From: a virus
Length of the DNA stretch: 64,000 nt
Direction: 5' to 3' (one strand)
IMG/VR virus record: IMGVR_UViG_3300022602_000051
Span: 1-64,000 of that record
The notes beneath the pieces were generated by a model, which did not search any database, was not told the DNA's origin, and saw only the letters and a program-made list of their open reading frames with translations. Below are positions 1 through 8,779 of this stretch, piece by piece; position 1 is the stretch's first letter; each line of letters begins with the position of its first letter. The position numbers were made by a program, and so were the translations under genes.

Positions 1-64
1 TTACGTTTGTTGAGTCAAAATACTCATTTACTGTATTTGACTTCTCAATTTTAAACTTTGCCAT
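1..64 (-). CDS. 5' end of a late (probably virion) gene running off the left edge: MAKFKIEKSNTVNEYFDSTNV...
   Basis: ATG at 64-62 preceded by AAGGAGAA RBS; frame open to the window edge; TAAATA promoter at 130-135. Confidence 0.7.
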   Translation of the reverse strand, partial: MAKFKIEKSNTVNEYFDSTNV

Positions 65-77
65 TTTATTCTCCTTG

Positions 78-126
78 TATGACGTTCTAGGTCAACGGCT
101 GGCTAGACCGTAGTCTTAAACGACAG
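78..126 (-). promoter_or_regulatory. Structured 5' leader (tandem hairpins) between late promoter and RBS
   Basis: Minus sense ACGGT-CTAGCCA-GCCGT then TGAC-CTAGAAC-GTCA directly before AAGGAG; GC-rich in AT-rich context. Confidence 0.55.
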
Positions 127-129
127 AAA

Positions 130-135
130 TATTTA
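130..135 (-). promoter_or_regulatory. T4-type late promoter core TAAATA
   Basis: Intergenic TAAATA upstream of a gene start; the motif recurs before most structural genes and a gp55-like sigma is encoded in the window. Confidence 0.6.
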
Positions 136-157
136 GTAAAAATTAGCAAATATGCTG

Positions 158-916
158 TTATTGGTTAGGAAATGCGCTGGTTGGCACTGTAAAGTTAGAA
201 GTATAACGAGCATATCGCGATATACGCAACTCATCAATATAACCGCTCATAAAGTTTGAAGCGGTAGATACAAGATTTGCACCTATATTGATATTTGATG
301 TAAGCGCATCAACCAATGAAACAGAAGATGTAGATTGCACAGATGTTCCATTTACATAAAGTGTTATAGTAGCACCATTCACTACAACAGCAAAATGATA
401 CCAAGTATTAGTTGATAATGAACCACCAGATAAAATAGGTGTCATAGAACTATTATAATCATAAGCGGCAAAATTTAATGTGGTTCCAGATGTGTATAAT
501 GTCCAGTCACCTGCCGAAAAACCACTGCTGGTTGCACGTTGAATAACTGTTCTACTTGTAGATAAATCTGCAAAATATGCCCAACCTTCTATGGTAAAAT
601 TACCATTACCAAAGTTATATTGAGTGCTGTTGCTATAATCACTTCGTAGCGGTATTACAACATAATTTGTTGTTCCATTAAATGAAATACTGCTTCCACC
701 AAATTGGTATTGTGCTGAAGACAATGATGTATTATTATAAGTGAGTAAATTATTTTTTCCAGTTTGATCAAATATACCAGCATTTGTAAAGTTTAATAAC
801 AATCCTGTACCGCCTGACGCAGTAAGCGGTGCAGAAGGAGGCGTAAATGAACTGGTATATAAAGCAGAAGAAGTGATTCTGTAATCACTTATATAACCGT
901 AAAAAGGTGCATCCAT
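158..916 (-). CDS. LamG/concanavalin A-like domain virion protein
   Basis: FTIEGWAY...NTWYHFAVV...LYVNG...GYIDELRIS LamG-like motifs; TAAATA at 925-930. Confidence 0.8.
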   Translation of the reverse strand: MDAPFYGYISDYRITSSALYTSSFTPPSAPLTASGGTGLLLNFTNAGIFDQTGKNNLLTYNNTSLSSAQYQFGGSSISFNGTTNYVVIPLRSDYSNSTQYNFGNGNFTIEGWAYFADLSTSRTVIQRATSSGFSAGDWTLYTSGTTLNFAAYDYNSSMTPILSGGSLSTNTWYHFAVVVNGATITLYVNGTSVQSTSSVSLVDALTSNINIGANLVSTASNFMSGYIDELRISRYARYTSNFTVPTSAFPNQ

Positions 917-958
917 TGCTAAAATATTTATTCATGAATAATTTTACAAAACAGATTA

Positions 959-2077
959 TTAAGCAATACGAGTAACTGCTATGTAGCCATGTCCATAGTT
1001 GTATACGGCAAGATTTGATATGCTGCTGCCATTAAATGTGCTTGTATTATTATACATACCGTCACTAGTTGAAACGTTAGCGGCACTTGCATCAAGGTAA
1101 CTGCCGCCGCCACCGCCAGCATCTATACCAGTTCCCGAAGTGCTATATGTTCCACCACCACCGCTATATCCGCCGCCACCGCCACCTGTGATAGGACCAG
1201 CACCACCGCCACCGCCAAATCCACCTGCACTTATGCCAGCCGCATAACTTGTTTCGTTTTGAATACCACCACCGATAGCACCATACATAAATGCACCACC
1301 GCCACCGCCAGACGCCGCACTACTTACCGTTGTGCGAAGATTGGCACCTGTACCAATAACACCATTGGCATACATACCACCACCGCCACCTGCATCATAA
1401 CCATCAGTGCTTACAGTTCCAGAACCATTTACGTGACTATTGCCACCTATGCCATTTGCACCGCCAGGCGCACCATAATAACTGCTACCGCCGCTTGTTC
1501 TTGTAACAGCATTACCGCCTTTAACACTATTAGGAACACCACTTGTAAAGTTGGCACCGCCTGCTCCGCCGCCTGCAACAAGTAGTGGTTGGTTAGTATT
1601 AGTTACAACCCAACTTGCACCACCACCGCCAGTAGAACTATAAGTAGCACCTACGCCTGCATTGGCGCTCATTTGTCCTACAACAAGTGTTAAAACTTGA
1701 CCTTGTGTAAGATTAAATGCGCCACTCATAACAGCACCCCAACCAGGTGTGGCATTGCCATTTGCTAGGTTACCAACAGAAAAATAAGGTATGCCACTGC
1801 GAGCGCCAGCAACAGTGATTTGGTAAGTTCCTGTTGCTGGCACAGTCCAGAACTGATAACCATTACCATAAGTGTTATAGAAACTTGTGCTTTGTAACCA
1901 GGTATTACCAACATTACTATAGCTGTTTGCAAATAACTGTGTGCCTGTTGCACCTACTGGTCCACTGACGTTTCCTGATAGGAAAGTAAAACTGCTAAAA
2001 TTATACAAGCCAGTGTTGTCAGCCGTTACGCTGATTCCACCACCAAAACTAATACCACCACCTATAACTAATGACAT
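959..2077 (-). CDS. Glycine-rich domain virion protein (ALK/LTK-type glycine-rich domain)
   Basis: [74 protein letters not shown]. Confidence 0.75.
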   Translation of the reverse strand: MSLVIGGGISFGGGISVTADNTGLYNFSSFTFLSGNVSGPVGATGTQLFANSYSNVGNTWLQSTSFYNTYGNGYQFWTVPATGTYQITVAGARSGIPYFSVGNLANGNATPGWGAVMSGAFNLTQGQVLTLVVGQMSANAGVGATYSSTGGGGASWVVTNTNQPLLVAGGGAGGANFTSGVPNSVKGGNAVTRTSGGSSYYGAPGGANGIGGNSHVNGSGTVSTDGYDAGGGGGMYANGVIGTGANLRTTVSSAASGGGGGAFMYGAIGGGIQNETSYAAGISAGGFGGGGGAGPITGGGGGGYSGGGGTYSTSGTGIDAGGGGGSYLDASAANVSTSDGMYNNTSTFNGSSISNLAVYNYGHGYIAVTRIA

Positions 2078-2086
2078 TATGATTCC

Positions 2087-2836
2087 TTATGTTGGTGTTG
2101 AACCGTTATATCTAGTGAGCCAGTAACTTGCATTTTGATAATGTTCTAATTGTGATAAGGCTCTTGTATAACAATGTGCGGCCGCAATATCACCATTAAA
2201 ACCTGGTGATGTTTGCGTAGCGGCAATCACTGGCGTTGTAGGATTTTGTCCAACATTAAGTGTAGCACTGTCACCAACAAGCGCACCATTTACATATATT
2301 TTCCACCCAAGTCCTGTATCAAATGTTACACTTACATAATACCACGTATTAAGTGCTTCTGTGCCAACATTTTGAGCAACGTCTGTATAACCAGAAGAGG
2401 TATGGTTGCCAGCACAGAAAACATTTTGACCGTTGTTAAACCAAGTTGTATCTCGTGCTTCTTGACTACATTGCAGATAACCTGCACCAAACGGAGCAGT
2501 AACGGTATTATGTCCACGAATTACAGCACCTTTACTATAACTAACAGAACCGTTCATAATAGCACTTGGTGCTTTTGCCCAAACATTGCCAGCAGTTGTA
2601 AAATATGCTTGGTTAGTTCCTACATTGGTTACGCTTGGTATAGCAACATTGGCAGTGCCAACTCCATTATAAAAAGTAAATGTATAACTATTTTTGCTAT
2701 CAACCCAAGTATTTGCAGATGCTACATAATTTGCCATATCAAGATTGTATAGCAAACTATCGTTTATGATAGCGTCATACCCTTGCATATTCCAGTTACC
2801 GCCAATATTAAATCCGCTTGGTATAGTAAATGCCAT
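2087..2836 (-). CDS. LamG-like domain virion protein
   Basis: LNTWYYVSVTFD...KIYVNG...FNGDIA...YTRALS..E..QN. Confidence 0.75.
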   Translation of the reverse strand: MAFTIPSGFNIGGNWNMQGYDAIINDSLLYNLDMANYVASANTWVDSKNSYTFTFYNGVGTANVAIPSVTNVGTNQAYFTTAGNVWAKAPSAIMNGSVSYSKGAVIRGHNTVTAPFGAGYLQCSQEARDTTWFNNGQNVFCAGNHTSSGYTDVAQNVGTEALNTWYYVSVTFDTGLGWKIYVNGALVGDSATLNVGQNPTTPVIAATQTSPGFNGDIAAAHCYTRALSQLEHYQNASYWLTRYNGSTPT

Positions 2837-2845
2837 TTTTATCCC

Positions 2846-3574
2846 TTAAAACGGTTTTTGTGATGAACTTTGTGATATAGTTCCGTGAGATGTAACAGTT
2901 TGAACACCGCTTGCATCACCAGTAATAGTATCACCAAGCATCAAGTATTGTGTATTTGTAATAGCAGTAAGTGGTTGGTTTGGAACAGTTATACTGGTTA
3001 AATTAGGATCATATGGTGTTGAACCATTTACCACACGAATATTAGTAAGATAACCTGGCCATTCTTGACCATAGTATGTTGCAATATCGTTAGTAGTATT
3101 ACCTGAAGTATTATAATTTAAGTTATTTGTGTTCAAACCAGTGGTGCTTCTTGTAGCAGTTCCGCCAGGTGTGCTTCCTAAAAATAGAGTTTCTTTGTTG
3201 CTACTATTTCTGGTAAGAGCAAAATAATACCAAGTATTGATACTCATGGTAGGCACAGTATAAGAATATGCTCCTCGTCCACCATAACTATCTGTTGAAA
3301 TAGTTGTTGAATTGGTAACGAATAAACTCAAACCATAATCAGCATTAGCACCCATTATACCATATGCTTGTGTAAAGTTAGGTAATTGAAACCAACCTTC
3401 AATACAATAAGCACCACCACCAATGGTAATACCTGGACTTAAACTTAAATATGAACCACCGTGACTCGTGCTACCGCCAGCAAAACTTAAACTACCAGCT
3501 AAACTTAATGAACCGTTAGGATAAATTATTACGCCGTTTCCTATTGTAATTCCTGGTCCTACTATTGTTACCAT
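2846..3574 (-). CDS. LamG-like domain virion protein
   Basis: YCIEGWF...INTWYYFALTR...GYLTNIRVV...ITVPNQPLT. Confidence 0.75.
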   Translation of the reverse strand: MVTIVGPGITIGNGVIIYPNGSLSLAGSLSFAGGSTSHGGSYLSLSPGITIGGGAYCIEGWFQLPNFTQAYGIMGANADYGLSLFVTNSTTISTDSYGGRGAYSYTVPTMSINTWYYFALTRNSSNKETLFLGSTPGGTATRSTTGLNTNNLNYNTSGNTTNDIATYYGQEWPGYLTNIRVVNGSTPYDPNLTSITVPNQPLTAITNTQYLMLGDTITGDASGVQTVTSHGTISQSSSQKPF

Positions 3575-3576
3575 TA

Positions 3577-6500
3577 TTACACCAATCTCTCAATACTAAT
3601 TAGGTTGTTGCTATAACCATTACCAGTTATTGCACTAATACGATAAGCATTAGTTCCAACGGTTGTAGTGACCATATACATATCACCAGCAGTTCCGCTT
3701 GTGCTACCTATATTAGAATAAGTTGTGCTTAATGATAAACTACCACTATAGCCTGTTGTGCCGCCTCCTAAACCACTTTGGAACATATAAGTGTAAAGAG
3801 CACTTGGTGTGCCACTTAAACTACCAATTTGTAGTTGGTTAGCATTGCTACTACCATTGTTTAGCCACTGAACCTTAATATTATCCATTGTAACTGCTGT
3901 ATTTTGTGCAACAATTGCTGCACTCTTACCAGTTTGACTTGGACTATAAAGGTTACCACTAATAGTTGCACTTGTTCCAATAAATGTGTTAGCAGTAATA
4001 ACATTGGCACCAGTGATATTTCCATAACTGCCAGTAGTTATAAAGTTGCTTGCAATCACATAGTTTGCACCAGTGATATTACCACCGCTACCAGTTGTAA
4101 TAAGATAACCAGCAGTTACGTTACCACTTGTAGATACGTTACCATAAGTTAGGTTTGAAGTTACGTTGATATTGCTTGCTATCACGTTGCCAGTTGCAAG
4201 AAGGTTACCAACATTAACATTACCACTTGTAGTAATTGGATTAGCATTGCTCATATAAACGTTGCCGTTTGGATATATCACCATCTGCGCAGCACCGTTG
4301 TTATAGAAACTCAACGGTAGATAAGTTCCGCTTCCGTTTATACCACTACCTAATTGAACATCAATATTACTATTGGTAGTCATAAAGATTTTAGATGCAT
4401 TATTTGGATTACTATTAGCAACTGCTTGCCAACTTGCACCTGTGCTTGTGCCATTTGGAAGAGCATAGATACCAGTTGTAGCATTAGCAGTTGTAGTTTG
4501 GAATACAGTTCTATAACCAAATGTGCTATTAGTAAAGTCACCAAGTATAGCACTGTTGCTTGGCATTATGATATTGCCAGGCACAGTAATGTTGCCATCA
4601 TATTGACTGAATGTCCAGTTATATACTTTTGTGCTTAAAACATTTTGATTATAATTGCTTAATATTACTGTTGAACCAAGACCGCCTGGCAATGTTAAAA
4701 CGTCACCGTTTTTATATCCAGTACCAGGATTTGTAACAACAAGCGATGCTTGTGTAACATATCCACCAACAGAAGAATAAGATGCGGTCATACCACTACC
4801 ATTACCACCTGTTAGTGATTGGTTACTATATGGTGGAGAGTTATATCCACCAGCAATACCAGATATAGTAAGAACGTTATAAACACCAACTGTACGAAGT
4901 GTCATGGTAGTGCTGTTGCCTGCAACTATATTAGCGTTTCCAATAGTAAGATTAATATTACCAACACTAATATTACCTGTATAAGTTGGAAGATAACTTG
5001 CTACGTTAGCATTAGCAAATGTTCCAGTAATCGTTGATGCTAGTGTAGCATTGTTGTTATACCAATAGTAACTATTACCATATACACCAGTATTTGCTAC
5101 CATATTGCCAGCAATTACAGAACCTGTGCCGCTTATGTTGCCGCTTGCACCACTTGTTATTGCAATGTTTCCAGCAGATAAATTACCATTATATGTTGTT
5201 AGGTAAGCAGCAACATTTGTATTACTATATGTTGAACCACCTCCAACACCAGTTAGGTAGTAACCATTACCAAGATAGAAATTAGCATTCACGTTACCTG
5301 CATAAGTTGGAAGATATGCGGCAACTTGTGTGTTGCCATAACTTCCACCACCGCCACTGCTAAATGCTACACCATTTGACCAGTAGATACCAGTTGCAAT
5401 AACATTACCACCAATTGCGCCGTTTGCCCAAGCAATATATCCACCAGGACCAGCAAAACTACCGTCATTGCCAAATGTATATTGTTGTGTGCCATTTGGT
5501 TTCACACTAATTTGGTATGTTCCAATAATTGCAAGATCAAGTGGATTATCTTCAAGAATTTGCGAGCCACCAACTGTGAACTGAATCTTTGGTGTAGCAA
5601 TTTGTGTCAAAGCATTGAAATTACTTGCATAAGCATTTGACCAATAAAGTGTGCTATTACCAAGATTATATGCAGTGTTAGCGATTGGAATCAGATTTCC
5701 AGTTGCAAGATTACCAATGTTTCCATTGTATGTTGGAAGATATGCTGCAACATTACTATTACTATATGTTGAACCTACACTAATGCCAGTTAAATAATAA
5801 CCATTACCTGTAAAGAATGCGGCATTAGAATTACCACTATAAGTTGGAAGATAACTTGCAACGTTAGAATTACTATATGTTCCACCAATGCCAGAAAGTA
5901 TGCTTACGCCATTTGGATAATTGTAATTTGGTGAATAAACATTAGATACAAATAGATTACCAAAGAATGAACTGATTCCACCAATGTTACCATAGTTATT
6001 TGCTGCACCACCATTTATGATTGCATTTTGTTGATTACCATAAACGTTTACCTGATAGATACCCATTTGTCCATTAACAGAGCCATAGTTAAGTACGGCA
6101 TTTCTAGCATTATTCGCACTAACCAGATAACCTCCACCACCAATTACAACACCAGCAAGCGCATTTGCAGCAGTATTCGGGGTAAGTGTAATATATCCAT
6201 TACCAGTACTTTCACTTATAATTCCACCAGTTGGAAGTCTTATATTACCATTATAAAGTATTTGAACATTGCTTGTGGCAACAGTATTAGCAACATGGTA
6301 AGCGGATACATTTGAATTGCTATAAGTTCCAGTCGGCGGGTTTGCTACAAGATAAGCAGCAACTTGTGTATTGCCATAAGTTGCAGGCAAACCAGTAAGA
6401 TAATAACCATTACCAGTATAGTAAGTTGCACTAACATTACCACTTGCAGTAACATTGCCACTTGCTGTAATATTGTTAGCATATTCAGTAAGTGAAATAG

Positions 6501-8382
6501 TTTCGTAATGTGATGTAGTAATATTTCCTATTACAGTTAGATTTCCACCAATAGTAACATTACCAATTGTAGTAATATTTCCAGTTACAAAACCGTTACC
6601 ATACTTGAATCTTCCAACTTCATTATTATAATCACTGCCATTTTGACTAAAAATAATATCGCCAGCACTATATGTGCTTATAACAAGATTTCCTTTGCTG
6701 CTGCCACCATAAACAGTTGGACCTACATAAAGATAGCCATCATTTGCCTGTGTTAAACCATATCCTGTTTGATTATAAGTGCTACTACCAATACCGAAGT
6801 CAATATAGCCTCCGCTATCATTACCATTATCTGCAACAGCAACCCAGTCAGTTGTTGCGGAATTGCCGCTATTTTTGTTTTGTAAAATAACTTGAACATA
6901 ATCATTTTGACTATCTGCAATCTGGAACTTTGCATTTAGTGGTGTATAATTTAGCGACTGTCCAACATAAGTTTGATTTGGTAATTGAATATAAGAACCA
7001 CTAACAAATAAATTACTATACATTGTTGTTAATGTTCCACCAACAGTGTTATAACCATTGGAATACCCAGTTAGGATTGGATTACTATTGGCAACTAAAG
7101 TTATACCATTTACAGTGTTACCAAAAGACACTGAAGCTAATCCGCTTGTTCCAATAAATCCATTACTAAAAAGGTAACCGTTAAAACTACCTATACTACC
7201 AGTGCTTGTAAAACTATTAGCACTGCTATAATTTGTTACTACAGAATTTGCTGCAAATTCTTTGTTGACAACATGTAAATTTCCGTTAATAAATGTTTCT
7301 GCTAAAATGTTAAAATAATCTGCATTTAAATTAATTTGTTCATTACTATTGTATAAATTGCCAGTAATAAAAGCATTACCATTATTAAAGATCAAATTAC
7401 CTGCATAAAGATTATTACTAACAGTTAAGTTAGGAAATAAACTTGTACCTCCACCGCTCAAAATAGCAATTACTTCTTCATTTAGCGTATTAACATTAGC
7501 TTGAAGAATAGAAATTTCACCATTAGCAGCAAGTAAATTTGCATTAAGTAGAGCGATTTCAGTTTCTTGTGTCGATGCGTTACTCTGTAGCACAAAAATT
7601 TGTGCTTGAGTAGTTGACATTTCACTATTGAGAGTGTTAATGTAAGTTGCTTGGAATGATGCATTTAGTGTCAATGTATTAATGTTACTATTAGCAGCAT
7701 TAATTTGTGCAGAATTTGCAAAAGCAGTTCCAACAACAATACTGTTTACTTCATTAGCAAGATTTACAACTTCTGCATTTAAATTATTAAGTTGTGTTGC
7801 TTGATAAGCAGCATTTGTTACTAAACCTGGTATAAGAGCAGTATTTGATGCAAGATTGTTAAGTGTAGATATATTAGCATTACTGAAAGCAGTAGGTTGC
7901 TGTGTTCCATCGGGAAAAGTTAATATAGCATTACGATCAAAAATCCAAGTATGATTAGAACTACTTTCATTGGATTGCAACCAAATATCTGTATTCGCAT
8001 AAAGAACTGCAATATCATTGTCTGCAAGATATAATCCAGTTGATCCAGTGATGCTATTTGGATACAATTGCATTGCGCCATCATTGGAATATATAACTCC
8101 AAGATTGCCAAAAGTTATGGTATTATCAAGATATAAGTTAGACCAAGCATAATTTACATTACCCAAGCTATAATAATTGGTAGATATAGGAATAACGTTG
8201 TTGTAAACATTTCCTGTTACAATATTAAGATTGGCAAGGTTTACTTGATGACCACCAGCCGTGTTGCCATCCATGATATATAGATTATTCGTGCTTTCGT
8301 CAATAACGAACTCACCTTCGTGACCTACTAATTGGTTAATTAATAATGGGCTGATTTTACCAAAATAACGACGCAGTGCCAT
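3577..8382 (-). CDS. Long fibre protein (Mtd/hyaluronidase-like N-terminus, coiled coil, beta-repeat shaft)
   Basis: N-terminal GHEGEFVIDESTNNLYIMDGNTAGG; heptad region at about aa 170-310; repeated YSNSNVAxYLPTYxGN and GNGYYLTG; TAAATA at 8403-8408. Confidence 0.75.
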   Translation of the reverse strand: MALRRYFGKISPLLINQLVGHEGEFVIDESTNNLYIMDGNTAGGHQVNLANLNIVTGNVYNNVIPISTNYYSLGNVNYAWSNLYLDNTITFGNLGVIYSNDGAMQLYPNSITGSTGLYLADNDIAVLYANTDIWLQSNESSSNHTWIFDRNAILTFPDGTQQPTAFSNANISTLNNLASNTALIPGLVTNAAYQATQLNNLNAEVVNLANEVNSIVVGTAFANSAQINAANSNINTLTLNASFQATYINTLNSEMSTTQAQIFVLQSNASTQETEIALLNANLLAANGEISILQANVNTLNEEVIAILSGGGTSLFPNLTVSNNLYAGNLIFNNGNAFITGNLYNSNEQINLNADYFNILAETFINGNLHVVNKEFAANSVVTNYSSANSFTSTGSIGSFNGYLFSNGFIGTSGLASVSFGNTVNGITLVANSNPILTGYSNGYNTVGGTLTTMYSNLFVSGSYIQLPNQTYVGQSLNYTPLNAKFQIADSQNDYVQVILQNKNSGNSATTDWVAVADNGNDSGGYIDFGIGSSTYNQTGYGLTQANDGYLYVGPTVYGGSSKGNLVISTYSAGDIIFSQNGSDYNNEVGRFKYGNGFVTGNITTIGNVTIGGNLTVIGNITTSHYETISLTEYANNITASGNVTASGNVSATYYTGNGYYLTGLPATYGNTQVAAYLVANPPTGTYSNSNVSAYHVANTVATSNVQILYNGNIRLPTGGIISESTGNGYITLTPNTAANALAGVVIGGGGYLVSANNARNAVLNYGSVNGQMGIYQVNVYGNQQNAIINGGAANNYGNIGGISSFFGNLFVSNVYSPNYNYPNGVSILSGIGGTYSNSNVASYLPTYSGNSNAAFFTGNGYYLTGISVGSTYSNSNVAAYLPTYNGNIGNLATGNLIPIANTAYNLGNSTLYWSNAYASNFNALTQIATPKIQFTVGGSQILEDNPLDLAIIGTYQISVKPNGTQQYTFGNDGSFAGPGGYIAWANGAIGGNVIATGIYWSNGVAFSSGGGGSYGNTQVAAYLPTYAGNVNANFYLGNGYYLTGVGGGSTYSNTNVAAYLTTYNGNLSAGNIAITSGASGNISGTGSVIAGNMVANTGVYGNSYYWYNNNATLASTITGTFANANVASYLPTYTGNISVGNINLTIGNANIVAGNSTTMTLRTVGVYNVLTISGIAGGYNSPPYSNQSLTGGNGSGMTASYSSVGGYVTQASLVVTNPGTGYKNGDVLTLPGGLGSTVILSNYNQNVLSTKVYNWTFSQYDGNITVPGNIIMPSNSAILGDFTNSTFGYRTVFQTTTANATTGIYALPNGTSTGASWQAVANSNPNNASKIFMTTNSNIDVQLGSGINGSGTYLPLSFYNNGAAQMVIYPNGNVYMSNANPITTSGNVNVGNLLATGNVIASNINVTSNLTYGNVSTSGNVTAGYLITTGSGGNITGANYVIASNFITTGSYGNITGANVITANTFIGTSATISGNLYSPSQTGKSAAIVAQNTAVTMDNIKVQWLNNGSSNANQLQIGSLSGTPSALYTYMFQSGLGGGTTGYSGSLSLSTTYSNIGSTSGTAGDMYMVTTTVGTNAYRISAITGNGYSNNLISIERLV

Positions 8383-8432
8383 GCTTATATCCTATTATCT
8401 TATATTTACCATAAAATTGTTGTTTAATGTTC

Positions 8433-8509
8433 TATGCAATTATGCATATCGGATGTTTGTGCAGAGCAATCAAATAATTGTTGCATTGCAATAAATATGT
8501 GCGTATAAT
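8433..8509 (+). promoter_or_regulatory. Sigma70-type promoter TTGCAT-N17-TATAAT with upstream palindromic operator
   Basis: -35 at 8481-8486, -10 at 8504-8509; inverted repeat TATGCA-ATTA-TGCATA at 8433-8448. Confidence 0.6.
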
Positions 8510-8531
8510 GCATAACAACAGGAGAATTAGT

Positions 8532-8705
8532 ATGAACAAATTAGTAAAACGCATAGCTATCGCTATACGAAAGCACAAGCGTTATAATCGCACAGTTCGT
8601 GAGTTAAGTTACTTAACTGACCGTGACTTGGCAGATTTAGGTATCAACCGTTGTGATATTCCAAATATTGCACACCGTGTTACCAGTGAAACTACAATCA
8701 TCTAA
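8532..8705 (+). CDS. DUF1127 family small protein (57 aa)
   Basis: RYNRTVRELSYLTDRDLADLGINRCDI is the DUF1127 signature; AGGAG RBS before ATG 8532. Confidence 0.88.
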   Translation: MNKLVKRIAIAIRKHKRYNRTVRELSYLTDRDLADLGINRCDIPNIAHRVTSETTII

Positions 8706-8729
8706 GTTTTTTTAAAAAATTTAAGCAAT

Positions 8730-8756
8730 AAAAAAGGGGCATTTCTGCCCCTTTTT
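8730..8756. terminator. Bidirectional rho-independent terminator
   Basis: AAAAAA-GGGGCA-TTTC-TGCCCC-TTTTT between convergent DUF1127 and major capsid genes. Confidence 0.9.
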
Positions 8757-8779
8757 GTATGTTATATTCAAAACCAATA

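Noticed and set aside
8250-8382. Diversity-generating retroelement suggested by the Mtd-like N-terminus
   Set aside because: No reverse transcriptase and no template/variable repeat pair seen in the window
8478-8531. Longer 75-aa start for the DUF1127 ORF
   Set aside because: This stretch holds the promoter; the AGGAG RBS supports ATG 8532
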